From IMG/VR virus record IMGVR_UViG_3300031111_000007, positions 1 through 64,000 of that record: a stretch of DNA of 64,000 bases, one strand, 5' to 3'. Below, piece after piece: positions 23,703-33,080 of the stretch. The stretch comes from a virus. Its lineage: Duplodnaviria; Heunggongvirae; Uroviricota; Caudoviricetes. Below the pieces are notes generated by a model. The model had not been told where the DNA came from. It worked only from the letters and a program-made list of their open reading frames with translations, and searched no databases. Position 1 is the stretch's first letter. Each line of letters starts with the position of its first letter. The position numbers and the translations under genes were made by a program.

Positions 23703-23982
23703 AGGAACCGGACAAAAGCTGGTCAATGTCCATAAAAAATCCAAATGTAAAGGACATCATTGCTGTATCCATAATCCTTCAGACCATCATATGAAAGATT
23801 GGCCTTTGCATTGGAGAGAAGATAGGGGTTTCTTTGAACGTATATGCCCTCACGGTGTAGGACATCCTGATCCTGATGAGATTAAGTACCATAAAAGTCA
23901 AGGCAGGGATATCTCAATACATGGTTGTGATGGTTGTTGTAATCCTAACTTTAAAGGATGGGATAACGATGAAGAAATATAA
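23662..23982 (+). CDS. His/Cys-rich hypothetical protein
   Basis: 106 aa; CKGHHCCIHNPSDHH...CPHGVGHPDPDE...HGCDGCCNPNF. Confidence 0.35.
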   Translation: MGRKDFWKMAKFITGTGQKLVNVHKKSKCKGHHCCIHNPSDHHMKDWPLHWREDRGFFERICPHGVGHPDPDEIKYHKSQGRDISIHGCDGCCNPNFKGWDNDEEI

Positions 23983-24145
23983 ATATAAGAAAAAGGTTAA
24001 GGTGAATTGCAGTAAATGCCATAAATGGGTTGATGAGGATTTAACAACCTTTGTAGATATAGAAGAAGACATTCAAGGTGCTGATGTGCTTACATTCATT
24101 TGCCCTTACTGTCGAACAGAACAGAAATCAAGAAGATTTGGATGA
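23969..24145 (+). CDS. zinc-ribbon small protein
   Basis: ATG 23969; CSKCHKW...CPYCRTEQ. Confidence 0.35.
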   Translation: MKKYKYKKKVKVNCSKCHKWVDEDLTTFVDIEEDIQGADVLTFICPYCRTEQKSRRFG

Positions 24146-24149
24146 AAAA

Positions 24150-24260
24150 ATGGAAACAATAAAAGAAATTTTAATGTTTTTTGGATTTATGGGAATTTTT
24201 GGATTATGTACATACCTACTTTATTTATGGGGTACATTTTTAGAATGGTTATTTAATTAG
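24150..24260 (+). CDS. small membrane peptide (36 aa)
   Basis: METIKEILMFFGFMGIFGLCTYLLYLWGTFLEWLFN; ends 1 nt before tRNA-Tyr. Confidence 0.25.
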   Translation: METIKEILMFFGFMGIFGLCTYLLYLWGTFLEWLFN

Positions 24261-24348
24261 GGGGAAGTATACCGTAACTGGTAGCGGGGCAGACTGTAAA
24301 TCTGTTGCCGAAAGGCTCTGGTGGTTCAAGTCCATCCTTCCCCACCAA
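24261..24348 (+). tRNA. trnY: tRNA-Tyr (anticodon GTA), long variable arm, CCA encoded
   Basis: GGGGAAG-TA-TACCGTAACTGGTAGCGG-G-GCAGA-CTGTAAA-TCTGT-TGCCGAAAGGCTCT-GGTGGTTCAAGTCCATC-CTTCCCC-A-CCA. Confidence 0.85.
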
Positions 24349-24363
24349 ACAAAGGAAATGAAC

Positions 24364-24486
24364 AATGGAAATCATAGGAGTAGTAATTTTCATCGTAGCT
24401 GGTTTTATTGTTTTGAATAGAGATTGGATTAAGTACATGTGGATAGAGTATGTTATCAATAAAAATAAACATGAGAATGAATATTA
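24364..24486 (+). CDS. small membrane peptide (40 aa)
   Basis: RBS AAAGGAAATGAACA-ATG; MEIIGVVIFIVAGFIVLNRDW... Confidence 0.25.
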
Positions 24487-24490
24487 GAGC

Positions 24491-24519
24491 TTGACAATTA
24501 AAAATGTTTCTGTTATAAC
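24491..24519 (+). promoter_or_regulatory. sigma70-like promoter TTGACA-N17-TATAAC
   Basis: TTGACA 24491-24496, TATAAC 24514-24519. Confidence 0.45.
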
Positions 24520-24627
24520 GGTTTAAATGATTATGGAACAGAAGGTTGATTTCAGCAAATTAAAAACTATCAATTGGTGATAAGAAAAGTCAACCTGAAT
24601 TATTAACCTCAACATAGGAGAAATCTT

Positions 24628-24855
24628 ATGGAAAAAACGAACGTGCGGTATGGTGTGGTCAATGAGCAGGATCGCATTGACTATGAGAAACAATGGCAGG
24701 TTCAGAAGGGATATCAGTTTATCTCTTATGACCCGGAAAAGGCAACCGATTATTGCCGTAAACAGGGAAAGGGTTGGATCGTAGAGGAAATTTCCAACAT
24801 TCCCAATAGCATTACCAATTATAAACGAACCATTTTCAAAGGGGGGAATGGTTAA
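24628..24855 (+). CDS. hypothetical protein, GC-richer composition
   Basis: 75 aa; RBS CATAGGAGAAATCTT-ATG. Confidence 0.4.
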   Translation: MEKTNVRYGVVNEQDRIDYEKQWQVQKGYQFISYDPEKATDYCRKQGKGWIVEEISNIPNSITNYKRTIFKGGNG

Positions 24856-24870
24856 GGAGAAGAAAGGAGT

Positions 24871-25119
24871 ATGAATAAAAGTAGTTTCAGTAAAGCTGAT
24901 CAAACAAAAATAGAAGAAATACAAAAAGCAAAAGGTATCAAGACTTTCACTGAAACTGTGAGAACCATTGTCAGAGAGTATGACGATGGTTTTCATGGTT
25001 CAGAGAAGCTATCAGATGAGAACTTTGCATTACTGGCAGATGCTATCGTTGAGATGGATAAGAAAATGGATATCCTGTTAATGCACATAGCACCGAAGTC
25101 TGCTGGTGAAGTAAAATAA
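24871..25119 (+). CDS. hypothetical protein
   Basis: 82 aa; RBS AAGGAGAAGAAAGGAGT. Confidence 0.4.
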   Translation: MNKSSFSKADQTKIEEIQKAKGIKTFTETVRTIVREYDDGFHGSEKLSDENFALLADAIVEMDKKMDILLMHIAPKSAGEVK

Positions 25120-25130
25120 CGAAAGGACAT

Positions 25131-25514
25131 ATGCGAAAGAAAAATATCAATCTGTGGGAAGCAAGAGAACTTTCCGAAAAATTTTGTGAAGATTTTAATA
25201 TAGATTACTGTGAAGTATATTATGTAGATAGAGTTAAAGATTGTGTAGGTGTTTACATTTGGCTTGATCAACCACATATACTCATACAGGAAAGCTATCA
25301 AAATAAAATATGTCTTGTTATGCATGAACTTATACATCATTTAGATTCACAAAAATATAGCACGATGATATTAAATCACAGCACAAGAGGATATCTAAAT
25401 GCTAAAAAGCGTGTCGTAACATGGTGTAAGAAAAACATTTCCAGTAAACCCGATTGGAATAAGGGTTTAAAGGCGAATCATATTGAAAAGGAAATGAAAG
25501 AATTTCAACTTTAA
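25131..25514 (+). CDS. putative HExxH zinc metallopeptidase-like protein
   Basis: 127 aa; LVMHELIHHLDS (HExxH). Confidence 0.35.
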   Translation: MRKKNINLWEARELSEKFCEDFNIDYCEVYYVDRVKDCVGVYIWLDQPHILIQESYQNKICLVMHELIHHLDSQKYSTMILNHSTRGYLNAKKRVVTWCKKNISSKPDWNKGLKANHIEKEMKEFQL

Positions 25515-25667
25515 AATATAAATAATAGTGAAGCTCAAGTCAGGATGCTCAAGATATCTTTTGGATGGTGAATGTGTTCCATCGGCAAGTAATTACTGGC
25601 AGCAATCAGACTTGAGCTTTCTTTTATACCTACCATTAACCTACCATAAAAAAAATAAAGTTTTCTG

Positions 25668-25696
25668 TTGACATGTCAATCTAGATAGTGTATAAG
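25668..25696 (+). promoter_or_regulatory. sigma70-like promoter TTGACA-N17-TATAAG
   Basis: TTGACA 25668-25673 (within palindrome TTGACATGTCAA), TATAAG 25691-25696; 38 nt upstream of helicase ATG. Confidence 0.45.
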
Positions 25697-25734
25697 GAAA
25701 GAGTAAGATAAACTTTTAGCTGAAAGGACTAAAA

Positions 25735-27576
25735 ATGCTTGAGATAGTCAATGATTGGTATGGGGCTGATGGTATCGAAAAAATCACCCAACCAAAGAGC
25801 CGTATTGTCAAAACAGCAAGGGATTACCAAAATGCCGGTGTATATGAAACCTTGAATCTCAATTCAAAGGTTACCTGTATTACTGGTGGTGGTAAGTCTT
25901 TTATCATCTTAGGTAGGGCTTATGTTGAAGCTATGGCAGGACGTAAACAGATTATTTGCGTACCTACCAAAGCTATTGGTACTGGTTTTATCCGACCTGA
26001 AACCGTACAATTCGATCATCATAAGATTAAATTTCAACTGAAAAACTACGATCTATGTACAACCAATACTTCAGATGTGGAATCAAAATCTGATGCCTTG
26101 GTTCAGTTTATCAAGGAACCTGTAAACAGTCCGATGGAACATGACTACATTAGACTGACCACTCACAAGTCTTTGGTAAGAGCATTCCAAAAGCTACGGG
26201 AAGCAAATGAACTACGTTACCTGAAAGACCTTACCCTGCATATCGATGAAGCACATAAGGTGCGATTCGATGAGGATGAAGAAGCAGAAGCTGAAATCGC
26301 AAACCAGCTTGGTAAGGTGATCAAACATTTCATCAAATATTCAGACCGCAAAAACCTGAAGTTCAATTTGGTTACTGCTACCTTCTACCGCAACAATTTT
26401 GAAGGGATCGTACCTTCTACTTTCAAATGGGATAGAGAAGTGCGAGTCAGTTCTCTTGACTATCTGAAATATTGTGATCATATCAAAGGATTCAATTACA
26501 GTCTGAAAATCGAAGAAGGTGAATATCTGAATGGTCTGAAAAAGATATTCGATGAGAAACCCAAAAAACCGACCATCATCTTCATGCCTACTGATGGAAG
26601 CAACGAAGCATTGTTAGGTGCTGGTAGAGACAAGTACGGTGCTGTTGAGGAAATCAAACAGGTACTTGCCCCTCATAACCTGAATGTAGTTGAACTGGTA
26701 ACCGAAAGTACCCGGATGGATAATCTCAGGTATATTGAAGACCATAAAGATGAAATCGATGTGGTTATCAATATCAAGGTTGCCTGTGAAGGATTCGATT
26801 GGCCGAATTGTGCAAGAGTAATCATCTGTGGTAAGAGAGGATCGCTACTGGAAATACCTCAGAACATTGGTCGAGCTATGCGGGATCATAAAGACAAAAA
26901 AGCCAAGAAGAATCAACCGGAAGTCATTCAAATCATCTCTAAGGTGAATGTAGAAGATGCTGATAAGGAAGACCTGAAGGATGTATTCAATGCCATCCTG
27001 AAACTGGTTGGTGGTCAACTGCTTCTGCTTTCCGATCTGTACAGCAGGGATGCAATCAAGATCAGAAACATTGCTGGTCGAAACACAAGCATTGGTGATT
27101 ACCTGAATGAGAACCTTTCTGAAAATGACCGTCTGAAACTGGATAATGATATCACTCAGGAGTTTCATCGATTCGCTACCATGAATGAAGATGAATATAA
27201 CGATGATGATTTGAGAGAGATTATCGGAACATCATTGATTATGCATGGGTTGGATGCCAGTGATGAATTGATCCGGTATTTTCTCAGGGAGCATAAACGT
27301 AGGACATTAGCTACCGTTACTGATGAACAAAAGACCACGATCAAAAGACTCAAGAATCACCTGAGAAGACTGTATGATGGTATGAACGTGGATGAAGTAG
27401 CTATTGACCTGATGCTGGAAGAAGTTGATACACTTGGATGGATCAAGAACCTGAGTAGTAAATTTTTCAACATTGGAACCTTTAGTGAACTGGAAGAAAA
27501 GATACTGAACCAATTTCCAAGAATCGAAAGAATCAAGGAGTTGAAAAAATGGGTAATCAAACACAACAATCTATAA
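25735..27576 (+). CDS. SF2 helicase (DEAH box)
   Basis: 613 aa; Walker A-like CITGGGKS, Walker B HIDEAH, motif III-like LVTATF. Confidence 0.55.
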   Translation: MLEIVNDWYGADGIEKITQPKSRIVKTARDYQNAGVYETLNLNSKVTCITGGGKSFIILGRAYVEAMAGRKQIICVPTKAIGTGFIRPETVQFDHHKIKFQLKNYDLCTTNTSDVESKSDALVQFIKEPVNSPMEHDYIRLTTHKSLVRAFQKLREANELRYLKDLTLHIDEAHKVRFDEDEEAEAEIANQLGKVIKHFIKYSDRKNLKFNLVTATFYRNNFEGIVPSTFKWDREVRVSSLDYLKYCDHIKGFNYSLKIEEGEYLNGLKKIFDEKPKKPTIIFMPTDGSNEALLGAGRDKYGAVEEIKQVLAPHNLNVVELVTESTRMDNLRYIEDHKDEIDVVINIKVACEGFDWPNCARVIICGKRGSLLEIPQNIGRAMRDHKDKKAKKNQPEVIQIISKVNVEDADKEDLKDVFNAILKLVGGQLLLLSDLYSRDAIKIRNIAGRNTSIGDYLNENLSENDRLKLDNDITQEFHRFATMNEDEYNDDDLREIIGTSLIMHGLDASDELIRYFLREHKRRTLATVTDEQKTTIKRLKNHLRRLYDGMNVDEVAIDLMLEEVDTLGWIKNLSSKFFNIGTFSELEEKILNQFPRIERIKELKKWVIKHNNL

Positions 27577-28226
27577 GATTTCCTTCAAGTAGAAGTAAAA
27601 ATAGCCATGAAAGAAAACTAGCAGGGATAGCTGGTAACTTAAAACATGATTATAAAAATGGTAATCTTTCACAAGAGTATATAGATTTATGTGAATCTAT
27701 ACCCGGATGGACATGGACTGCCCATGAATTTTGCACCAAAGAAGAATTTGTTCAATGGTGTAAAGATAATGATATAAAAACTGAACCACAATTCAGAAAA
27801 TGGAAAAAGAAAAACAAACGTCCTAAAAACATCACCGCTATTCCAGAAAGAATTTATGATGATTTTCATTGGGGTGAATTATCAGGAAAAAAATGGAAAA
27901 ATGATTGGTGTACCAAAGAAGAATTTGTTCAATGGTGCAAAAATAATGGAATAAAAGATAGTACTGATTTTCTAAACTGGAAAAAGAAAAATACAAAACC
28001 TGATAATATACCTGATAAGCCTTATATTTATGATAATTGGTCATGGGGAATTATAACAGGAAGATTCAAAGATGGTAACTGGATGTCAATGGAAAAATTC
28101 ATTCAATGGTGTAAAGATAATGGTATAAAACGTAAAAAAGATTTTACTTCACTTAGGAAAAGACCAAGGGGTGTACCAGCAGCACCATATAGCATATACA
28201 AGGACTTCTCATGGAAAATGATATAA
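27549..28226 (+). CDS. helicase-associated (HA)-like domain repeat protein
   Basis: 225 aa; three ~48-aa repeats W(C/M)TKEEFVQWCK(D/N)NGIK...WKKKN.KP.NIP; N-terminal YKNGNLSQEYIDLCESIPGWTW resembles HA domain consensus. Confidence 0.4.
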   Translation: MGNQTQQSIRFPSSRSKNSHERKLAGIAGNLKHDYKNGNLSQEYIDLCESIPGWTWTAHEFCTKEEFVQWCKDNDIKTEPQFRKWKKKNKRPKNITAIPERIYDDFHWGELSGKKWKNDWCTKEEFVQWCKNNGIKDSTDFLNWKKKNTKPDNIPDKPYIYDNWSWGIITGRFKDGNWMSMEKFIQWCKDNGIKRKKDFTSLRKRPRGVPAAPYSIYKDFSWKMI

Positions 28227-28297
28227 AATATCCATTATAAAAATTGGTCATGGTCATTAGTTAGTGGATTTAAAAAAGGGAAGGGAAAGGATGTATA

Positions 28298-28954
28298 ATG
28301 TCACTACCTAAATTCTATAAATGCCATCGTAAAGAACAGTCAAGGCAGGATACCATTATCGATGCCTACCGTGACATATTTGATGCTCATTCTATCCCCT
28401 CAGACCGTCAGTATTGGACGCTATGTAATTATCAAGCTGATGATATGGGTAACATACCAGAAGCATCAGAAATAGGCCAACTGATCGATTCAGGGCTATT
28501 GACAGTCGAACAGGTATATGGGGTTGACTTCTGGACTGACATTATAGAGCATAACAGACTGCATATACCTGATGCCAACTGGTTCAATGGTGATCTGTAT
28601 AAGACCATCATCCAGAACATTGACCGCTTCAATCCTGCTATCATTAACATCGATCTGAACTGCATGGTAAGACGATCTATTATGATCTGTACCAAAGTGC
28701 TTGCTCTACTGAATAAGATGGAATTTAAGGATGTCCTGATTGTCCTGAACGTAATGGTAACCAATCCAAGGGAAAAAAATACGTTGACTTTGGATGTCCT
28801 AAATGATATGTTTGTTGATAAATTTATTGGTGATGAGACTTTCCGGTTGAATGCTGAAGGATGGAAGGTGTATAACGATAAACTCTATTCTTATCATGGT
28901 ACTGGTAAGAAGGGTAAAACTATTATGAGTAGTTTATTATTATGGAAAAAATAA
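28298..28954 (+). CDS. hypothetical protein, GC-richer composition
   Basis: 218 aa ORF; RBS GGGAAAGGATG. Confidence 0.4.
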   Translation: MSLPKFYKCHRKEQSRQDTIIDAYRDIFDAHSIPSDRQYWTLCNYQADDMGNIPEASEIGQLIDSGLLTVEQVYGVDFWTDIIEHNRLHIPDANWFNGDLYKTIIQNIDRFNPAIINIDLNCMVRRSIMICTKVLALLNKMEFKDVLIVLNVMVTNPREKNTLTLDVLNDMFVDKFIGDETFRLNAEGWKVYNDKLYSYHGTGKKGKTIMSSLLLWKK

Positions 28955-29766
28955 GATATCCATCAAAACTGTCAAAAGACCCATATGAAAAATATCTTGG
29001 TGGTCTTGTTCAGACTTTAAGACGTAGATATAAACAGGGTAGACTTTCTAAAGAAGAAATTACTCTATGTGAATCTATTCCCGGTTGGAGATGGTCAGTA
29101 GTAGACCCCAATAGAGAAAATTCATATATAACTAGAATGAAATGTGAAGATAGACATTTTATTAGATTAAAAAGATGGGTATTTATTCATAATAAATTAC
29201 CTGTTGCTTCTGCTAAAACAAAAAAGGAAATGAATGTATATAAATCTTATAGATATTTTTTATCAAAGTACTATAACGGTAAAATGTCAAAAGAAGAAAA
29301 AGAAAAGATAGACTCTATTCATCCTGATTTAAAATGGAGTAAACCAAAAAAACGATGGTTTAAAACTGACTATTCAATAAATGAAGCAAGAGAAATAATT
29401 AAATTTCGTAAGAAGAAAGGATATTGGCCTAAAGGTACAAGTAAAAATGAAAGAGAAAAAGAATTGGGATTGATTTGTTATAAATTTAGAGCATATTATT
29501 TAGGAACCTATCAAAAAACTAAAGCGATTGATATTAAGGCAATTACATTATTAAATGCTCATCCTGATTGGTATTGGACAAAAGAAGAATACAGAACTTT
29601 ACGAATTAAAGAACTATTAGAACATTATGAAAAAACTAAAACTTGGATAAAAAAAGGATTGATTTTAAAATGTAGAATAAAAGAAAATTATAGAGATGGT
29701 TTGTTAACACAAGAACAAATAGATTTACTTGAATCGAATCCAGCTTGGACATGGGAAAGGGGGTGA
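28942..29766 (+). CDS. HA-like domain repeat protein (Lys-rich)
   Basis: 274 aa; YKQGRLSKEEITLCESIPGWRW and YRDGLLTQEQIDLLESNPAWTW motifs as in 27549..28226. Confidence 0.4.
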   Translation: MEKIRYPSKLSKDPYEKYLGGLVQTLRRRYKQGRLSKEEITLCESIPGWRWSVVDPNRENSYITRMKCEDRHFIRLKRWVFIHNKLPVASAKTKKEMNVYKSYRYFLSKYYNGKMSKEEKEKIDSIHPDLKWSKPKKRWFKTDYSINEAREIIKFRKKKGYWPKGTSKNEREKELGLICYKFRAYYLGTYQKTKAIDIKAITLLNAHPDWYWTKEEYRTLRIKELLEHYEKTKTWIKKGLILKCRIKENYRDGLLTQEQIDLLESNPAWTWERG

Positions 29767-29771
29767 GCTAA

Positions 29772-29921
29772 ATGAGTGAAGAAGTCAAAAGTCTGTTCAT
29801 CAAATGTCTGATGGCTTGTACAGAAGAAGGGGAAGCTGAAATCCTTGCTGAGAAATTCGGTGTTTCCAAAACTTCCCTTGCTGCCTTCAAAGCCAACAAA
29901 ACCATGGGTAGGTACAGTTAA
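29772..29921 (+). CDS. possible small protein (49 aa), GC-richer
   Basis: RBS GGAAAGGGGGTGAGCTAA-ATG; MSEEVKSLFIKCLMACTEEGEAEILAEKFG... Confidence 0.25.
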   Translation: MSEEVKSLFIKCLMACTEEGEAEILAEKFGVSKTSLAAFKANKTMGRYS

Positions 29922-29926
29922 CCTGA

Positions 29927-30469
29927 TCAAGCAGGGAAGAACGTGCTTATTTCTTCCCTGCTTAACCCATCATCCCGTTTTTCCAAAGTAATGATCGTAT
30001 CGTGAATCGCACCACCATGAGACATAAGAAGTATATGCTCCTGTTTAAATCCTCTCCTTTTTCCCATGCTGTTACTATGATATCCTGCTGTTAAGATCAC
30101 CGCATTTGGTTCTATGATATCCAATAGCTTATTCTTTATCATATTAAATGGTGAAGATATAAAACCATTATACTTAGTCATGGATTTTCTCAAGGCATAT
30201 GGTGGATCAAGAATAACAGTATTAAACTTTGGACCATCCCATTGTTCTACAAACTCCAATGCATCCATATTATAATCTAAATTCTCCATTTTAGGATTAA
30301 GATCATTTCTTATTTCTCTACATCCTTCAGGTAGATTTAGGCTATACTTTCCAGCAAATAGATTTAAAACCATGGGTGGTTGAATATGATTCTCTACCCA
30401 TTCTCTAACTCTTTTATTCCTGAACGTGAAGCGATACAGGGGAGTTCGCATGTAAGTAAACTTTAACAT
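29927..30469 (-). CDS. amino-methyltransferase-like (N6-adenine/N4-cytosine DNA MTase motifs)
   Basis: 180 aa; motif I-like VLNLFAGKYS and motif IV DPPY (ILDPPYALR); 7-nt overlap with upstream TS-like gene. Confidence 0.5.
   Translation of the reverse strand: MLKFTYMRTPLYRFTFRNKRVREWVENHIQPPMVLNLFAGKYSLNLPEGCREIRNDLNPKMENLDYNMDALEFVEQWDGPKFNTVILDPPYALRKSMTKYNGFISSPFNMIKNKLLDIIEPNAVILTAGYHSNSMGKRRGFKQEHILLMSHGGAIHDTIITLEKRDDGLSREEISTFFPA
29929..29963. terminator. bidirectional terminator hairpin (13-bp stem AAGCAGGGAAGAA/TTCTTCCCTGCTT)
   Basis: Sits between convergent plus block (ends 29921) and minus block; embedded in last 12 codons of ORF 29927..30469. Confidence 0.55.
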
Positions 30470-31266
30470 TTATCCTCTACCATACATCTCATCTCAGCGA
30501 AGCTAACAGCATAATCGTAGAGATGCAGTCCTTTAGATACACAAATCATCTCACCTTGTTCTACTCCAATCTCATTTGCCATATGCTCTTGAAGCATAGA
30601 AATCCCGGCCAAATTCGCACTAAATCCCCCCCATGCATCCCAACTACGAAAATGAATACCATTAAAATGTAGTTTGCCATCTTGTATTCTTGTATCGATA
30701 GTTCTCAAACATGGTGGATCAAGTAGAAGCATATCTTTTGGTTGAGCAATCTGCAAACACATCTGATTTGTTCTTGGTGATTTTTTATATTCCTCAATCG
30801 CAAATTCTACCTGAGAAAACCATTTATCACGATCATAAATACAGCTTTCCATTGACCTATAATTACAATGGTTTCTATAAATAACATTTTTCAATCTCAA
30901 TATCTTATCTGACATCTCATCTGAAATACTCACCCTGTTCAAGCGACTCCCGTAGGTATATGACTCATTCTCAGCCATTTCCGAAGATAGTATATAACCA
31001 GCATAGTTAATCAAATAGTCTCTATCTACTGGTGCTACCATATTACTACCTTCTGGCATTACTGGTACAAGTGGGAACCCTTCTGAATCACGTTCCCATG
31101 GCCTTGTAATATGAATCACACAAAAGTCAAGTTCCTTTCTTGTACTACCAGCATAGCTTCCAGAATCGATCTTGAAATCTCTGCCATGTTCAAGTATATT
31201 ATAGATCAACTGGAACCAAACGTCTGGAAGTGTAACACCTTCTATCATCACAATTTTCTGTTTCAT
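30463..31266 (-). CDS. thymidylate synthase-fold enzyme (ThyA / dNMP hydroxymethylase family)
   Basis: 267 aa; catalytic Cys in LLDPPCLRT (compare ThyA ALPPCH); DGKLHFNGIHFRSWDAWGGFSANLAGISML aligns with ThyA [29 protein letters not shown]. Confidence 0.7.
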   Translation of the reverse strand: MKQKIVMIEGVTLPDVWFQLIYNILEHGRDFKIDSGSYAGSTRKELDFCVIHITRPWERDSEGFPLVPVMPEGSNMVAPVDRDYLINYAGYILSSEMAENESYTYGSRLNRVSISDEMSDKILRLKNVIYRNHCNYRSMESCIYDRDKWFSQVEFAIEEYKKSPRTNQMCLQIAQPKDMLLLDPPCLRTIDTRIQDGKLHFNGIHFRSWDAWGGFSANLAGISMLQEHMANEIGVEQGEMICVSKGLHLYDYAVSFAEMRCMVEDKC

Positions 31267-31275
31267 ATCTTCTCC

Positions 31276-31479
31276 TTAAAATCCATCAAATTCTGGTAAA
31301 TTATTAAATTCTTCTTCTGTCATAAAGCATGGTTCGAATACAGGATAATCACCATATTCCTCACCAAATTCATTATTGATATACTCTACTTCTCTTATCA
31401 TATCTTCTTGAGTTATTACTACTGATCTAAACTCAACACTATCCTTGTCTTGATACATTCTCCAATACAATTTCTTCAT
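31276..31479 (-). CDS. hypothetical small acidic protein
   Basis: 67 aa ORF. Confidence 0.35.
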   Translation of the reverse strand: MKKLYWRMYQDKDSVEFRSVVITQEDMIREVEYINNEFGEEYGDYPVFEPCFMTEEEFNNLPEFDGF

Positions 31480-31664
31480 GAATCACCTTTATGATCATTC
31501 TTATCTCTGCATTTACCAACAATAGCTACACCACTTGTCCATGTAGTTATTTCTGGATCATACACATAAATACATCGATCTATTATAGTTTTCAAATATG
31601 ATCTTTCATCTTTATTCTCTGCTTGAATATCAACAGAATCATTTCCTCTAAGAAACAGTTTCAT
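31476..31664 (-). CDS. hypothetical small protein
   Basis: 62 aa ORF, ATGA coupled. Confidence 0.35.
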   Translation of the reverse strand: MKLFLRGNDSVDIQAENKDERSYLKTIIDRCIYVYDPEITTWTSGVAIVGKCRDKNDHKGDS

Positions 31665-31667
31665 AAA

Positions 31668-31862
31668 TTACCTCTTTTTTGGTGGTGGGGGTGGTGGGGG
31701 TTGTGGTCTTTTATATTCCACTTGATACTGGCATTTCTCACCATTCAAACCGGGATACAAAGAACAACACCTAGCACCAAATCCCCACAAACTCTTTTTT
31801 ACATTTTTATTTATACACCAAGCTCCACGATCATTATATTTACAATTTATATTAATACCCAT
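31668..31862 (-). CDS. Cys-rich small protein with poly-Pro tail
   Basis: 64 aa; CKYNDRGAWCINKN...CCSLYPGLNGEKCQYQ...PQPPPPPPPKKR. Confidence 0.35.
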   Translation of the reverse strand: MGININCKYNDRGAWCINKNVKKSLWGFGARCCSLYPGLNGEKCQYQVEYKRPQPPPPPPPKKR

Positions 31863-31863
31863 T

Positions 31864-32253
31864 TTACATATTCAGTTTAGAAAAATCAACTGCTTTACCA
31901 TCTTTCATAACTTCTGCTGGCGCACGTTGTGGCATACCTTGAGCAGTTACAATACCTGATTCTGCTGCTTTGATTTGTGTAACCCACTGTTCATATGTCT
32001 GAAGCATATGAGCATTTGGTTCACTTTCAACTGCAATACATTCAGGATTTAAAAGAATTTCTTTATCGTAATCTGAGAAAGGTGCTGCCTTACCGAACCC
32101 AACCTGACCCTGCATACCTTGTGCTTGCTGTGGTGGAATTTGAACCACTGCTGCCGGGAAATCAAGCTGATAAAATCCATCCTCAGTTATATCTGTTATT
32201 GCTGTTAATATATTTTCTCCATTCAATAATTTTAATAATTTAATACTTCTCAT
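31864..32253 (-). CDS. hypothetical protein
   Basis: 129 aa ORF directly downstream of epimerase gene. Confidence 0.4.
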   Translation of the reverse strand: MRSIKLLKLLNGENILTAITDITEDGFYQLDFPAAVVQIPPQQAQGMQGQVGFGKAAPFSDYDKEILLNPECIAVESEPNAHMLQTYEQWVTQIKAAESGIVTAQGMPQRAPAEVMKDGKAVDFSKLNM

Positions 32254-33080
32254 TATATCATCTCCTTTATATAATCTTCTAATTTTCTTTCAGGCTTAAA
32301 ACCTGTTAATTGTTCAAGTACAGACGTATCTGCTACTGAACTTTTTGCTCCTGCATTTCTACTATCGGTTAATATATAATGCTGATTTCTGGTTCTTGGA
32401 AACATATTAGCTAAATCAGCAATAGATGTTCCAATACCCGTACCAACATCAATAGGTTCAAAGTAATCAGGCATGGTTGATATTATTTTATAGATTGCTT
32501 CACATACATCATATACATGAATAAAATCTCTCTTTTGTCTACCATCACCATGAACTTCAAATGGTTGGTTTATCTGATACTTGGTAATGAACTGCTTTAC
32601 ACAAGTCTGTTTCTTCTTCAGATATTTGTAAGCACCATAGACATTACCAAGACGTACTACATAAATTTTACCACCATTATCATTGAAGTAATTAGCCAAA
32701 GTTTCACATGTCCATTTCATATTTGCATAGAAACTTGTATGTGGAGTCTTAGCTGCCTGAGAAGAAGTAAACACCACTGGAATACCTAACTCTGTTGCTA
32801 TCTCAAACACATTACCTGCTGCCATTATATTATCCTTTACTGCTCTCCATGGGTCTTCTTCACAAGCAAAGATACCACTGAGTGCTGCAAGATGAATTAC
32901 TCCATCAAAATTCCTTACAATATCCTTGGTAAGTTTATGTGCTGCGGGTAGGTCAGTATTATAATCACAATCATAAAAATGTACATCTTCTAACTTATCA
33001 TCAGACCAATCCTTGAAGGATATATTCTCACCGATATACCCCTTACTACCTGTTATTAAATACCTCTTTATTCCTGCCAT
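32253..33080 (-). CDS. NAD-dependent sugar epimerase/dehydratase (SDR) family protein
   Basis: 275 aa; Rossmann motif YLITGSKGYIGENI, catalytic-like YGAYK. Confidence 0.55.
   Translation of the reverse strand: MAGIKRYLITGSKGYIGENISFKDWSDDKLEDVHFYDCDYNTDLPAAHKLTKDIVRNFDGVIHLAALSGIFACEEDPWRAVKDNIMAAGNVFEIATELGIPVVFTSSQAAKTPHTSFYANMKWTCETLANYFNDNGGKIYVVRLGNVYGAYKYLKKKQTCVKQFITKYQINQPFEVHGDGRQKRDFIHVYDVCEAIYKIISTMPDYFEPIDVGTGIGTSIADLANMFPRTRNQHYILTDSRNAGAKSSVADTSVLEQLTGFKPERKLEDYIKEMI

Noticed and set aside
24253-24459. Minus-strand ORF 24253..24459
   Set aside because: Antisense to tRNA-Tyr (24261..24348) and small plus-strand ORFs.
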